Assembly (NCBI RefSeq): GCF_000341395.1
Contig: NC_020304.1
Coordinates: 360,001 to 392,000 of the forward strand
Source of the DNA: Desulfocapsa sulfexigens DSM 10523
Lineage (GTDB): Bacteria; Desulfobacterota; Desulfobulbia; Desulfobulbales; Desulfocapsaceae
DNA length: 32,000 nucleotides
Direction of reading: 5' to 3'
The notes under the pieces are model-generated. The model was given only the letters and a program-made list of their open reading frames with translations. It was not told the origin of the DNA and searched no databases. Shown piece after piece: positions 1-9,584 of this stretch. The translations under genes and the position numbers were made by a program. Position 1 is the first letter of the stretch; each line of letters begins with the position of its first letter.

Positions 1-2
1 TG

Positions 3-1370
3 ACTCAGTCTGAGGATATTCTCAAACCAAACATCATAAGAGAACTGCTTCCCTATGCTGATGAGGAAGTCGCGACTGTTCTTATGTTTCTTCTTCGCAG
101 GGAAAAGGAGATCGCTCCACTGGTCAAGGAAGAACTGCTGCTGTTGATTTGCCAGACACTCGGATACTGTTCTAACAATGATGCTATAGCTGTTTTGAAA
201 GCCTTTCTGGCCAGCCGTAAAAGCGGAGTAAACACTCCAGGCGAACAGGTCATAGAAGCAGTAAGGATATCCATAGAACAACTTGAACAGAACCATCCTC
301 CCAAAACACAGGATGGCCTGCAGAAAGCGCCATCTCCTGGGGTCAGGAAAACAGTTCAAGCAGATATCCCCCAGCAACAACAGATTGATGAACTCCTTAA
401 CAGGGGGAAGAAAGACGAAGCAGTTGCGCTGATAATGCAGCTCATTGAGCAGTGCGCTGGCAAAAAACAGTTTGAAGCTGCAGATCGATTACGTGACTAC
501 CTTATTAAAATCAACCCCATGGCGTTGCTTGAAATCATTCGTGCTGCAGATGTGATTGAAGGGGCAAAACAGTCAGGGATAGATAAAAAACACCTGGAGA
601 CCTGGAGTAAACTAACGGAGATTTTCAGTAGTGAGGAGTTTTCAGCACTCTACCATGCCATGGCTCTGAGAAGTTACACAAAGGGGAAAACAATAGTACA
701 GCAGGGCTCCACCGCCAGAACACTCCTTTTCATCAACGGTGGCCAGGTACAGCTTCAGGCACTTAATCAGGACACATTGATACCATTGAGTGTGAAGGGA
801 GCAGGAGAAATTATCGGAATAGAAACATTTTTTCAGGCCTCAGTCTGGACGGATCAGGCTAAAAGTCTTGGTTGCGAGGTCTTTTTACTTTCACGGCAAA
901 AACTTGACGCCCTCAAGGAACAGCACCCCTCTCTCGAACCAAAATTATCCGACTTCTGCGCCAGCTTCCAGTCGGTTAGTGCAGAATTGACAAAAACCGG
1001 CAGAAACAGAAGGCAATTCAAAAGAAAAAATGTATCGGGAAGAATCAGTTTTGCCGTTCTTAACACAAACGGCACGGAAATCACCACAGAAGCAAAGGGA
1101 GATCTTATTGATATTTCAACGGGCGGAGTGGCGTTTTCCATCCACTCATCCCAGAAGAAGAATGCTGCCGCCCTATTTGGTCGTCAACTCAGAATTAGCT
1201 TCCAGACTACGACAACAACACAGATTATCATTCGGAGAGGAACAGTACAGGCCGTTCGAGATATAGATCTTATCGGAAATGAATACTCCCTGCACCTGGA
1301 ATTCAGCGAACAGTTGAGCTATTCAGAGTTGCAACAGATAGCCGGAGCGTCTCCAGAAGCCAGGTCCTGA
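3..1370 (+). CDS. Cyclic-nucleotide-binding-like domain + C-terminal PilZ domain protein (5' partial, open to window edge)
   Basis: The reading frame is open upstream of the listed ATG at 84 (TQSEDILKPNIIRELLPYADEEVATVLMF...), so the gene very likely starts outside the window. It has a cNMP-fold region (ALRSYTKGKTIVQQGSTARTLLFINGGQVQL...GEIIGIETFF) and PilZ motifs RQFKR (RxxxR) and DISTGG (DxSxxG). Confidence 0.8.
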   Translation, partial: TQSEDILKPNIIRELLPYADEEVATVLMFLLRREKEIAPLVKEELLLLICQTLGYCSNNDAIAVLKAFLASRKSGVNTPGEQVIEAVRISIEQLEQNHPPKTQDGLQKAPSPGVRKTVQADIPQQQQIDELLNRGKKDEAVALIMQLIEQCAGKKQFEAADRLRDYLIKINPMALLEIIRAADVIEGAKQSGIDKKHLETWSKLTEIFSSEEFSALYHAMALRSYTKGKTIVQQGSTARTLLFINGGQVQLQALNQDTLIPLSVKGAGEIIGIETFFQASVWTDQAKSLGCEVFLLSRQKLDALKEQHPSLEPKLSDFCASFQSVSAELTKTGRNRRQFKRKNVSGRISFAVLNTNGTEITTEAKGDLIDISTGGVAFSIHSSQKKNAAALFGRQLRISFQTTTTTQIIIRRGTVQAVRDIDLIGNEYSLHLEFSEQLSYSELQQIAGASPEARS

Positions 1371-1381
1371 TGTAATCGGAG

Positions 1382-2395
1382 TCAGGCACGCGCCTTCAAT
1401 TTACGAAGAAGCTCCTCAACCGGACATTCAGAGGTAACATCCATTCGTGCCGGTGGATTTCCTGGCACCAGAAGAGCAGTCCTGCCGTCCTGTCCTTCAA
1501 TATAAGCAGCCTTAAAAACCCCAAGCCCTGAAGATTTACCCAGCATTGCCAGTTTACTGTTTACAGCTATCATGCTACTTTCACCGGCAATTGCCCCAAC
1601 ACCGGACATCCCGCCCAACTCTTGAATAATAAATTTTTTTAACTCGTCGAGTGACAAATTTTCAGCTCCTTCAGAATTTTGGTTTGCAGCTTCCCTGGCA
1701 GCAGTAGTAGAATCAGCATGTTCATCCTTTGCCACCAAAGCCGCCATGATTATTGTCTGGACTGGACTGTTAACCATATTCTCCATAAATGGACAATCAT
1801 GCCGGAGAAACACAGTCACATCATCCCAGAAGAATACTCTGGTTGCCGCTTTAATCCCTTTATATTTCCCAACTCTGGCATCAAGCAACTGGCCATCTTT
1901 AAGATAGAGTATCCCCCCCTCGTCCGAACCGTTATCAAGCATACGTATGGTACATGTTTTCCCTTCCATCTCCATAAGCTGGAGAAACATTGTTGGGGAA
2001 ACATTATTCATAATCCCTTCTTTCGCCTCCTTCCTTAAAACAGTCCGGATCAATTCCGGTAGTTCAGTTTCACGAAAGGGTTTTTCAAGATAGGCGACCA
2101 TCTGCTGAACCTGTTCAATATCAGGTATATCACTTTTCTTCATCCCGGAAATAACAATAATCGGGATGTCGGGATATTTGGTCCGAACATGGTTGATCAG
2201 ACCAATGCCATCCATTCTTGGCATCATCAGTTCTGTGCAAATCAAAGAAAAAGCGGCTTTCTCCAGTTTTTTCAGGGCATCAAAACCATCCACTGCTTGA
2301 ACAACCTGAAATTCCTCTTCAAAGGCGGCTAACTTTCGCTTCAGAGCAAGCTGCAGGATCTGATCATTATCCACTAAAAGAATTTTTCGGATCAT
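1382..2395 (-). CDS. Response regulator receiver domain protein with DUF4388/PatA-like C-terminal domain
   Basis: Receiver domain (KILLVDNDQILQLALKRKL...LICTELMMPRMDGIGLI...PIIVISG...YLEKPF) followed by SPTMFLQLMEMEGKTCTIRM...GILYLKDGQLLDARVGKYKGIKA. Confidence 0.85.
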   Translation of the reverse strand: MIRKILLVDNDQILQLALKRKLAAFEEEFQVVQAVDGFDALKKLEKAAFSLICTELMMPRMDGIGLINHVRTKYPDIPIIVISGMKKSDIPDIEQVQQMVAYLEKPFRETELPELIRTVLRKEAKEGIMNNVSPTMFLQLMEMEGKTCTIRMLDNGSDEGGILYLKDGQLLDARVGKYKGIKAATRVFFWDDVTVFLRHDCPFMENMVNSPVQTIIMAALVAKDEHADSTTAAREAANQNSEGAENLSLDELKKFIIQELGGMSGVGAIAGESSMIAVNSKLAMLGKSSGLGVFKAAYIEGQDGRTALLVPGNPPARMDVTSECPVEELLRKLKARA

Positions 2396-2425
2396 GCAGT
2401 TATCTCATCAGTACCTTACAATGAT

Positions 2426-3532
2426 TCACGAGCAGCTCCTCACACAATTCTTTCCATCCTGTTTAGCAGCATACACCCCCTGATCTGCAACCTTCATCAG
2501 TTCATCGTAGGTTGCCATACCCGGGGTGAACGCTGCGACCCCGACACTGACACTCCCGTGCCAGATGCCATCCCCAGTCGTTACACGAAGTTCAGACACG
2601 GCCTTACGTATACTCTCCGCAACATTCATTCCATTTACGATATCCGTATTGGGACAGATTATGAAAAACTCATCGCCGCCTAAACGGGACACAATATCAT
2701 CATTCCGCAGGGAGTGCTGAAGTGTTTGAGCCAGTTTCGACAAAACAGCATCCCCGGCATCATGCCCATAGGTGTCATTGACTGCTTTAAAGTGATCAGC
2801 ATCGATCATCATGCAAACCATGGGGGAATTCGTTCGAACCGCCTCCCGCCACAGAAGATCGAGGCTACGCAAGGCATAGCGGCGGTTAGGGAGTCCGGTG
2901 AGAACATCGGTGAGAGAAAGCTCCTCAAGATGGCGATTCGCTTCAGAGAGTTCTCTGGTCCGTTCTGCAACTTTTTCCTCAAGTGACTGGTTCAGGAACA
3001 GCAACTCCCTGTTTCGTACAGACACCTGTTCAAACAGCCCATTTAAAGCAATAAGTAACGGCTCAGTGGCCTCATTTCCTGCTCGTTCTTCATTCTCATA
3101 GGCGGCGGCAGATGTCACACCAGATTGAATCGCTTTTATCTGCCTTGCCATATTCATATCTGCCCCAAGAATATGATACACAAGCCAATGTGTCAGGAAA
3201 TCAAACAGGTGTTTTTCCGAACCAGGATTATCTTCAGAAACAGCAGCATACATAGAGATAACTTCATCCAGGAAATCCTGATGTTTTTTACAGTGTTCCT
3301 TGTAGTGGCGTGCATCGATACCAACCTGTTTCATCATTATCTCTTCTTCCGTGAAATGATACTGAGTGTAGTCAGCAAGCTTCTTGAACACCTGTTCCAC
3401 ATCATCGGATGCGACCTGACCAAGAAGTAATAATCGCCCAAATTCATTTATGGTATCGACAAGATAATGATGTTGAAGATCAACCTCTGACAATCCGGTT
3501 TCGTATGTTTTGGTCCAGTGAAATGAGTCCAT
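2426..3532 (-). CDS. Bacteriohemerythrin-GGDEF diguanylate cyclase
   Basis: N-terminal hemerythrin pattern (EVDLQHHYLV, YHFTEEEIMM, HYKEHCKKHQDF, HILGADM) and C-terminal GGDEF domain with intact RLGGDEF and an upstream RNDD inhibitory-site motif. Confidence 0.92.
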   Translation of the reverse strand: MDSFHWTKTYETGLSEVDLQHHYLVDTINEFGRLLLLGQVASDDVEQVFKKLADYTQYHFTEEEIMMKQVGIDARHYKEHCKKHQDFLDEVISMYAAVSEDNPGSEKHLFDFLTHWLVYHILGADMNMARQIKAIQSGVTSAAAYENEERAGNEATEPLLIALNGLFEQVSVRNRELLFLNQSLEEKVAERTRELSEANRHLEELSLTDVLTGLPNRRYALRSLDLLWREAVRTNSPMVCMMIDADHFKAVNDTYGHDAGDAVLSKLAQTLQHSLRNDDIVSRLGGDEFFIICPNTDIVNGMNVAESIRKAVSELRVTTGDGIWHGSVSVGVAAFTPGMATYDELMKVADQGVYAAKQDGKNCVRSCS

Positions 3533-3601
3533 AACTCTTTATCCTCAAATCTATTTACAATCCAACAGAGTTGTTTCTCGTTTTCTATGTTTTCAGGAGA
3601 C

Positions 3602-6085
3602 TCAGAGAACCCTTTGAAGAGTCACCTTGAAATCATGAAGCTGAAAGGGTTTCGTCATGGCTCCCAGAAAGCCATGGTCACGATAGTTGGCCATGATTGG
3701 ATCATTGGAATAGCCACTGGATACAATAATCTTGGCCTGCGGATCAATTTTGTGAATTTCCCTTACGGCTTCCTGCCCTCCCATGCCACCTGGAATGGTC
3801 AGATCCATAACAACCAGGTCGATGGGGGTATCACTTTCAAGGGCCTCTCTGTAAAATGAGATCGCCTCCACACCATCCCTGGCCAGAATGACTTCATAAC
3901 CAAAATGGTTCAGCATGGCCTCGGCGACCGATCTCACCATCTCGTCGTCATCCATTATCATTATCTTCGCCTTCCCAGGCATTCCGCCGGCATCCTCCTG
4001 CCGAACTGCCACCACAAGCTTTTTATCACGCTCAGCCGGAAGATAGAGGGTAAAAGTTGTCCCCCTGCCCGGTTCAGATTCCACGGTTATATACCCACCG
4101 TGTTTGCTGATAATGGAATGACTCACTGCCAGACCAAGCCCACTCCCCTCCTGCTTGGTCGTAAAATAAGGGTCAAAGATATTTTCGAGCAATGAACCTG
4201 CCATACCGATCCCACTATCCTGAATGCTGATTCTCAGGTAATCCCGAGGTGGCAGAGGAAGCTCACCGCACTGCTCACAGCTGACATTGGAACAATACAC
4301 ATTCACTTCTCCACCCTTAGGCATGGCCTGATCAGCATTAATAATAATATTCTGGATAACCTGACTCACCTGCCCCTGATCTATTTCGACGGGCCACAAA
4401 TCATTGTCACAGTGAAAATTGCAGCTGACATTACTCCCCCGCAAAATAAAACAAGCCGAATCCTCAATAATATTTTTTATGGTTGCCAGTTCTTTTATAG
4501 GTTCACCACCTTTGGAAAAGGTAAGAAGTTGTTGAGTAAGATCCTTAGCCCGCAACGAAGCTTTTTCTGCATCCTGCAACAGTGCATAAGCTCTCTCTTC
4601 AGGATTACTGAAGAGCAGGGCGAGGTTGATATTCCCCATGATTGCTGTCAGGATGTTATTGAAATCATGGGCAATACCACCAGCCAGGAGCCCAACCGAT
4701 TCCAGCTTTCTGCCTTTAGCCAGCTCTGCTTCCCTCTCTCTTTCAGCTGTAACATCCCGGAATACGAGAACAACACCTACGACCTCGCTGTTTTCATCTC
4801 TGATGGGAGCACCGCTGTCGGCAATACTGTATTCCGAGCCATCTCTGGAAATGAGAATCGTGTGGTTAGCCAGGGCAATGATTTCACCACTGGCCAGTAC
4901 TCTGGTCACCGGGTTTTCACAACGTTGCCTGGTCTGTTCATTGAGAATAGTAAACACCTCAGCCAGAGGCTTCCCTGCAGCCTCCTCACAACTCCAGCCT
5001 GTTAAGTCCTCAGCCACTTTATTGATCAGGATAATAACACCCTCGATATCAGTGGTTATAACACCATCCCCGATACTGCGAAGGGTAACGGCCAGCCTTT
5101 CCTTTTCTGCAGCCAGAGCCACCTCCGCCGCCTTACGCTGGCTTACATCCCTGACAACGGCAATGACATATTTCTGATCGCTGAATTCCGTATAACGAAG
5201 GGCCACTTCAACCCACAACAGATCCCCGTTCTGCTTCTTCACACGCCAGTCAAAGAGTTGCGGCCCCTTGGTCATCGCCAACCCAACCCTTTGGGCTCCA
5301 TGCTCCATATCATAGGGCGGTTCACCTGAACTCAGACTGCCAATAGTCTGTACCAGCAATTCATCATAACTATAGCCATAGAGTTCCACGGCTGCCCTGT
5401 TTACATCCAGAATTGCACCAGTGGCAGCATCGTGCATAATAATGGCGTCACTGGGGGCATTATAAATCTCCCTGTACCTCTCTTCACTCTCCCCCAGGGC
5501 TTTTTCTGCTCTAATACGTTCCTGAATTTCCTGCTGCAAGTCCTGGTTCATGTCAACCAGTTCCCGGGTTCGCTCAGTAACCCTGACCTCAAGTATATTT
5601 CTGGCCTCGACAGTATGTAAATACAGACGGGAAACCAACAGAATAAGAGCGGCAACAAGAATAAGATAAAAATAAAGATAAATGGTGCCATGACGATGGA
5701 TAGCCTCAATACTGCCGATAATCTTCCCATTATGCATAACATCAGCATCAAGTGTTACCAGTGGAATCAAGCCGACGGTTTCAAGAGCCCTGTCGATAAA
5801 ACCGTATTCCTGACCACTAACTTCCAAAAATATCTCTTTGGAGGCAGTGAACACTGTTAAACGTTCATGAAACTGGTGTTCAGCAGCTAACTTCAGATAG
5901 GCAACCAGGCCATCGGCATCAAGCCTCCATAGATCTCCAGCAGTCACCTCAGCAGTCTCATGCAGGTAGCTTCTCTCCTTGGCCAGCTGCTTTTTTTCCC
6001 AGAAAAGAACAAAGAGGCAGAAAAACACCACAATGCTTACCAAAAAGACCATATTGGCTTTTCTAGGATTCAAGCTATTATTCAT
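3602..6085 (-). CDS. Membrane-bound hybrid PAS sensor histidine kinase with C-terminal receiver domain
   Basis: Two N-terminal TM segments flanking a ~120 aa periplasmic region; PAS domains; H-box GGIAHDFNN; ATP-binding motifs (DSGIGM, GSGLGLAV); receiver (IMIMDDDEMVR...VVMDLTIPGGMGG). Confidence 0.92.
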   Translation of the reverse strand: MNNSLNPRKANMVFLVSIVVFFCLFVLFWEKKQLAKERSYLHETAEVTAGDLWRLDADGLVAYLKLAAEHQFHERLTVFTASKEIFLEVSGQEYGFIDRALETVGLIPLVTLDADVMHNGKIIGSIEAIHRHGTIYLYFYLILVAALILLVSRLYLHTVEARNILEVRVTERTRELVDMNQDLQQEIQERIRAEKALGESEERYREIYNAPSDAIIMHDAATGAILDVNRAAVELYGYSYDELLVQTIGSLSSGEPPYDMEHGAQRVGLAMTKGPQLFDWRVKKQNGDLLWVEVALRYTEFSDQKYVIAVVRDVSQRKAAEVALAAEKERLAVTLRSIGDGVITTDIEGVIILINKVAEDLTGWSCEEAAGKPLAEVFTILNEQTRQRCENPVTRVLASGEIIALANHTILISRDGSEYSIADSGAPIRDENSEVVGVVLVFRDVTAEREREAELAKGRKLESVGLLAGGIAHDFNNILTAIMGNINLALLFSNPEERAYALLQDAEKASLRAKDLTQQLLTFSKGGEPIKELATIKNIIEDSACFILRGSNVSCNFHCDNDLWPVEIDQGQVSQVIQNIIINADQAMPKGGEVNVYCSNVSCEQCGELPLPPRDYLRISIQDSGIGMAGSLLENIFDPYFTTKQEGSGLGLAVSHSIISKHGGYITVESEPGRGTTFTLYLPAERDKKLVVAVRQEDAGGMPGKAKIMIMDDDEMVRSVAEAMLNHFGYEVILARDGVEAISFYREALESDTPIDLVVMDLTIPGGMGGQEAVREIHKIDPQAKIIVSSGYSNDPIMANYRDHGFLGAMTKPFQLHDFKVTLQRVL

Positions 6086-6118
6086 TGCTGATCAGGAATA
6101 ATCACTGACTTCTCCCAT

Positions 6119-7096
6119 TTAAAAAGAATATACTGCAGCCACAGAAAACAAGGATGTCTCCAAATCTACACCCGCATTATTAACGTAGCTGGCACAGTAC
6201 CCGTATGGACTGTAACACCACTTGGAATTTCCCTTGATGGTATCATAATACTCATAAAGGTAGGCAACTTTAATTCCAATATGATCGGTGATGTCATAGG
6301 CCAAAGCAACATCGACACCCCACATTTCCCCCTCATTGAAATCACCATACGATACAAGATCACGCATGTGATGTTGATCAGTCGTCTTCCCCCTCACAAA
6401 AATGCTGCCCGTTACTTTTGCAGCCAGGTGAACCGGCCCGAAGTCACCCGTAACAGCAACCCCAAAATAAGGGGCATCTAAGGTCTGCTCGTAGGTGATA
6501 GCAAGTGCCTGCGGAGGAAACGTCCCTGCGGTGTCACGAAAACTGTTTATCGAATAGATATAGGAGCCACCTCGTGCCTCCCATTCAAAGCGGTCACGAC
6601 GAAAACCCGCGATGCCATTAAAAACAAATCCATTCGCAGAAAAGAATGTAACTTCAGCATTAATATCAAACATAATTGCGCTGGTAACATCGGTGTTATC
6701 ATGCACTGATTTGTCAGTCCAGTTTACTCCTGGTAGCAACCAGTCGTAATCCTCCATATACCCGTCGCCATCGTTCACATTAAACCAGAGATCAACACCA
6801 AGATTCAACCAGGGTGTGGAGCGAATCGTCGCACCAATTCCAACCATGAGGGTTGAATCCATCTCCCATGTAAGCTCACTTGCAGTATGCCCCCCCACTT
6901 TGGGCCAATAGACATATTCATGAGCTTCACCACTAAGATAGCCAAAGCCCAGGCGACCAGTAAGAATTAAACCAGCTGGTTCACCATAAACCTCAGTCAC
7001 ATCCTTTTTCTCAACCGTAGCAGCATCAACCTGAACAGCAAGCAGCAGAAAAAATATTGGTATTGCAGCTGTTTTTACAGACAAACTCGTTATCAT
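6119..7096 (-). CDS. Omptin-family outer-membrane protease-like beta-barrel
   Basis: Start chosen at internal ATG 7096 because it gives a signal peptide (MITSLSVKTAAIPIFFLLLAVQVDA); the longest ORF reaches 7201. Omptin-like features: MEDYDWL (matching the Asp83/Asp85 region of OmpT), FEWEARGGSYIYS, TDQHH (matching the Asp210-x-His212 dyad), amphipathic strands and a terminal aromatic residue (VYSF). Confidence 0.8.
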   Translation of the reverse strand: MITSLSVKTAAIPIFFLLLAVQVDAATVEKKDVTEVYGEPAGLILTGRLGFGYLSGEAHEYVYWPKVGGHTASELTWEMDSTLMVGIGATIRSTPWLNLGVDLWFNVNDGDGYMEDYDWLLPGVNWTDKSVHDNTDVTSAIMFDINAEVTFFSANGFVFNGIAGFRRDRFEWEARGGSYIYSINSFRDTAGTFPPQALAITYEQTLDAPYFGVAVTGDFGPVHLAAKVTGSIFVRGKTTDQHHMRDLVSYGDFNEGEMWGVDVALAYDITDHIGIKVAYLYEYYDTIKGNSKWCYSPYGYCASYVNNAGVDLETSLFSVAAVYSF

Positions 7097-7437
7097 CCTT
7101 GAATAGCCTTTTCTCAATAGATCCCTCTCCTCAATTAATTTTCCAGAGACAGACAATAGCCACCAGCCATCTATCCTTTTTAACATCATACATAGTATCA
7201 TTATATGGACAGGAATTCCAATTATTCCACCGGAACGAACATCTCATATCTTGACTACAAAAAAACGTTTTTTTTTTTATAGTACGCAGCCCCTGCCAGG
7301 CCTTCTCGCTCGATACTTTTTTACACTCTTCAGGGCTATTCTATTCCATACGAATTGATGCTATAGTATTATAGTATTATATTCTCAGGAATTTTTTCCC
7401 TTTCAGCTATCTCATCAAGGCAAATCTACAAAAAAAC

Positions 7438-7839
7438 ATGAAAAAACTCACCACCCCAAGAATTGACCGCTGTATTGGTTGTCACTCCTGTTCCCTGGCC
7501 TGCGCACGACTGGTCCACAAACAGATTTCCTGGGACACTGCGGGGATTCGCATACAATCCTCCGGAGGACTCACCACAGGATTCAAAGCCAGTCACTGCT
7601 TGTCCTGTGATCCTGCTCCTTGTGCAGATGCATGCCCCACAGGGGCTTTTTTACAGAGAAAGGGAGGAGGAGTTCTCGTGAAAAAAAAGCTCTGCATCAA
7701 CTGTGGCGAATGCGTCAGTGCTTGTCCCGTTGATGCTGTTTTTCAGGATCACAACGGAGCCGTTTATGTCTGTATCCACTGTGGTCGCTGTGTGGAATTC
7801 TGTCCTCACAACTGCCTTGGAATGGAGGAAACAGCATGA
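7438..7839 (+). CDS. Polyferredoxin / AOR small subunit with four [4Fe-4S] binding motifs
   Basis: CIGCHSCSLAC, CLSCDPAPCADACP, CINCGECVSACP and CIHCGRCVEFCP; 3' end overlaps the AOR start by ATGA. Confidence 0.92.
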   Translation: MKKLTTPRIDRCIGCHSCSLACARLVHKQISWDTAGIRIQSSGGLTTGFKASHCLSCDPAPCADACPTGAFLQRKGGGVLVKKKLCINCGECVSACPVDAVFQDHNGAVYVCIHCGRCVEFCPHNCLGMEETA

Positions 7840-9584
7840 TTCGTGACCATTTCAGAGTTCTTGTTGTCAATCTTAGATCCGGCAAAGGACAGATTGTCCG
7901 ACTTGACGGTCGTAACACGGAAGCGGGAGGCAGTGGACTTGCCGCTCTTCTCTTTAATAAATATGGCCATGTTGATCGCCTCTGGAACGATCCCGAACAG
8001 CCTGTTATTTTTGCAATCGGCCCGCTCACCGGATATTTCCCACTGATGAGCAAGACCGTTTGCAGCTTTAAATCTCCTTATCATGATCAGTATACAGAAA
8101 GCCATGCGGGAGGTCGTTCTGCACTGTCACTCTGTTTTGCCAACCTTGACGCACTGGTAATTGTGGGAAAATCAGAACGACTCTGCTCACTCACCGTGAG
8201 TTCACGCTCACTTGACATACAAGATGTCTCCTTTATGAAAGGCATGAGTGTGGACGAGACCGGGAAGCTTTTGCGAGGAATGTCACCAGGATCAGGACAC
8301 CGCACTATTATGCGCATTGGCCCGGCCGGTGAAAACGGTGTCGCCATGGCAAACATCAATGTGGACACCTACCGCCATTTCGGCAGACTTGGTGGAGGGG
8401 CAGCCCTTGGTGCCAAAAACCTTAAGGGTATTATCATTTATGGTGATGCTGTTTTCCCCCAGCCCGAATCCAAAGAATACCCAAAACTCTTTACTGAGGT
8501 CTACAGACAGATTACAGCCACCGATATGATGAAAAAATATCACAACCTTGGTACTCCTGCCAATCTGCAGGGCCTCAACGACATTGAATCCCTGCCCTGG
8601 CGCAACCTCCAGGCCACAAGCGATCCTGCAATCGAGCAAATTAACGGTGAGCGTTTTGCCACTGACAATCTGCTCCGCAACTCCGCCTGTTCCGGATGCC
8701 CGGTCGGTTGCATCCACGTCGGCTATGTCCGGGAAATGTTTGATGCCAACCATCGCTACACGTTCAAACAGGTTGCCTATGATTACGAGATGATTTTCTC
8801 ACTTGGCACCATGCTGGGAGTAACCAGTACTCGTTCCGTTCTCAACATCCTTGATGAAATGGAAAAGGCAGGACTTGATGCCATGTCGGGTGGTGTTGCC
8901 CTGGCCTGGGCCACGGAGGCCACTGAAAAAGAGCATATTTCCGAAAAAGAAACAGAGGTGAAACTTTCCTTCGGAGATGCCAAAGCCTACCAGCAGGCGA
9001 CAGTGCTTCTTGGAAATGGCAGCAATCACTTTTACAGGCTCCTTGGCCAGGGAAGCCTCAAGGCCGCAGCGGAATATGGCGGTGCTGACTTTGCCTGTGT
9101 GCTCGGCCAGGAGATGGCAGGCTATGCCACCGGAGAGGTCTTCTTTGCCGCCCAATCCCTTGGTTTCAGGCACTCCCATCTTGACAGCGGAGGCTACTCC
9201 TACGACCAGAAACACTCAGACCAGGATGTTGCAGGCGTGATAGATTTTCTGATAAAGGATGAGGCTGGACGTGCCTTCATGACATCCATGGTTTCCTGCC
9301 TCTTTGCAAGGGGAGTATATAAAGATGCGCTGCTTGCGGACTGTCTTAATTCCGTCGGCTATCCGGAACTTGCTGCAACCATTGACACAGCAGGAGCTCA
9401 TATCCAGAAAATTCGCTGGCAAACAAGGATTGCCACGGGATTTTCTCCTGAAAATATCACTATTCCAAAACGTTTCTTTAAGATTAAGACCTGGAAAGGC
9501 CCCATTGACCCACTCTATCTCAACACCCTAAAGAGCGAGTACGGAAAAGCCATAATCAAGCTTGCAGGAGTTACGACGCTATGA
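7836..9584 (+). CDS. Tungsten-type aldehyde:ferredoxin oxidoreductase family protein
   Basis: AOR-family sequence (AIGPLTG..., KSPYHDQYTESHAGG, RIGPAGENGVAMANI, HFGRLGGGAALGAKNLKGIII, CSGCPVGC). Likely fourth cluster Cys in SMVSCLFARG; ATGA overlaps on both sides. Confidence 0.93.
   Translation: MIRDHFRVLVVNLRSGKGQIVRLDGRNTEAGGSGLAALLFNKYGHVDRLWNDPEQPVIFAIGPLTGYFPLMSKTVCSFKSPYHDQYTESHAGGRSALSLCFANLDALVIVGKSERLCSLTVSSRSLDIQDVSFMKGMSVDETGKLLRGMSPGSGHRTIMRIGPAGENGVAMANINVDTYRHFGRLGGGAALGAKNLKGIIIYGDAVFPQPESKEYPKLFTEVYRQITATDMMKKYHNLGTPANLQGLNDIESLPWRNLQATSDPAIEQINGERFATDNLLRNSACSGCPVGCIHVGYVREMFDANHRYTFKQVAYDYEMIFSLGTMLGVTSTRSVLNILDEMEKAGLDAMSGGVALAWATEATEKEHISEKETEVKLSFGDAKAYQQATVLLGNGSNHFYRLLGQGSLKAAAEYGGADFACVLGQEMAGYATGEVFFAAQSLGFRHSHLDSGGYSYDQKHSDQDVAGVIDFLIKDEAGRAFMTSMVSCLFARGVYKDALLADCLNSVGYPELAATIDTAGAHIQKIRWQTRIATGFSPENITIPKRFFKIKTWKGPIDPLYLNTLKSEYGKAIIKLAGVTTL

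Noticed and set aside
7836-9584. Possible loss of the fourth [4Fe-4S] cysteine in the AOR (initially seen as only CSGCPVGC plus a shifted Cys in ADCLNSVGY)
   Set aside because: The segment SMVSCLFARG matches the canonical C-x-F region, so all four ligands appear conserved.
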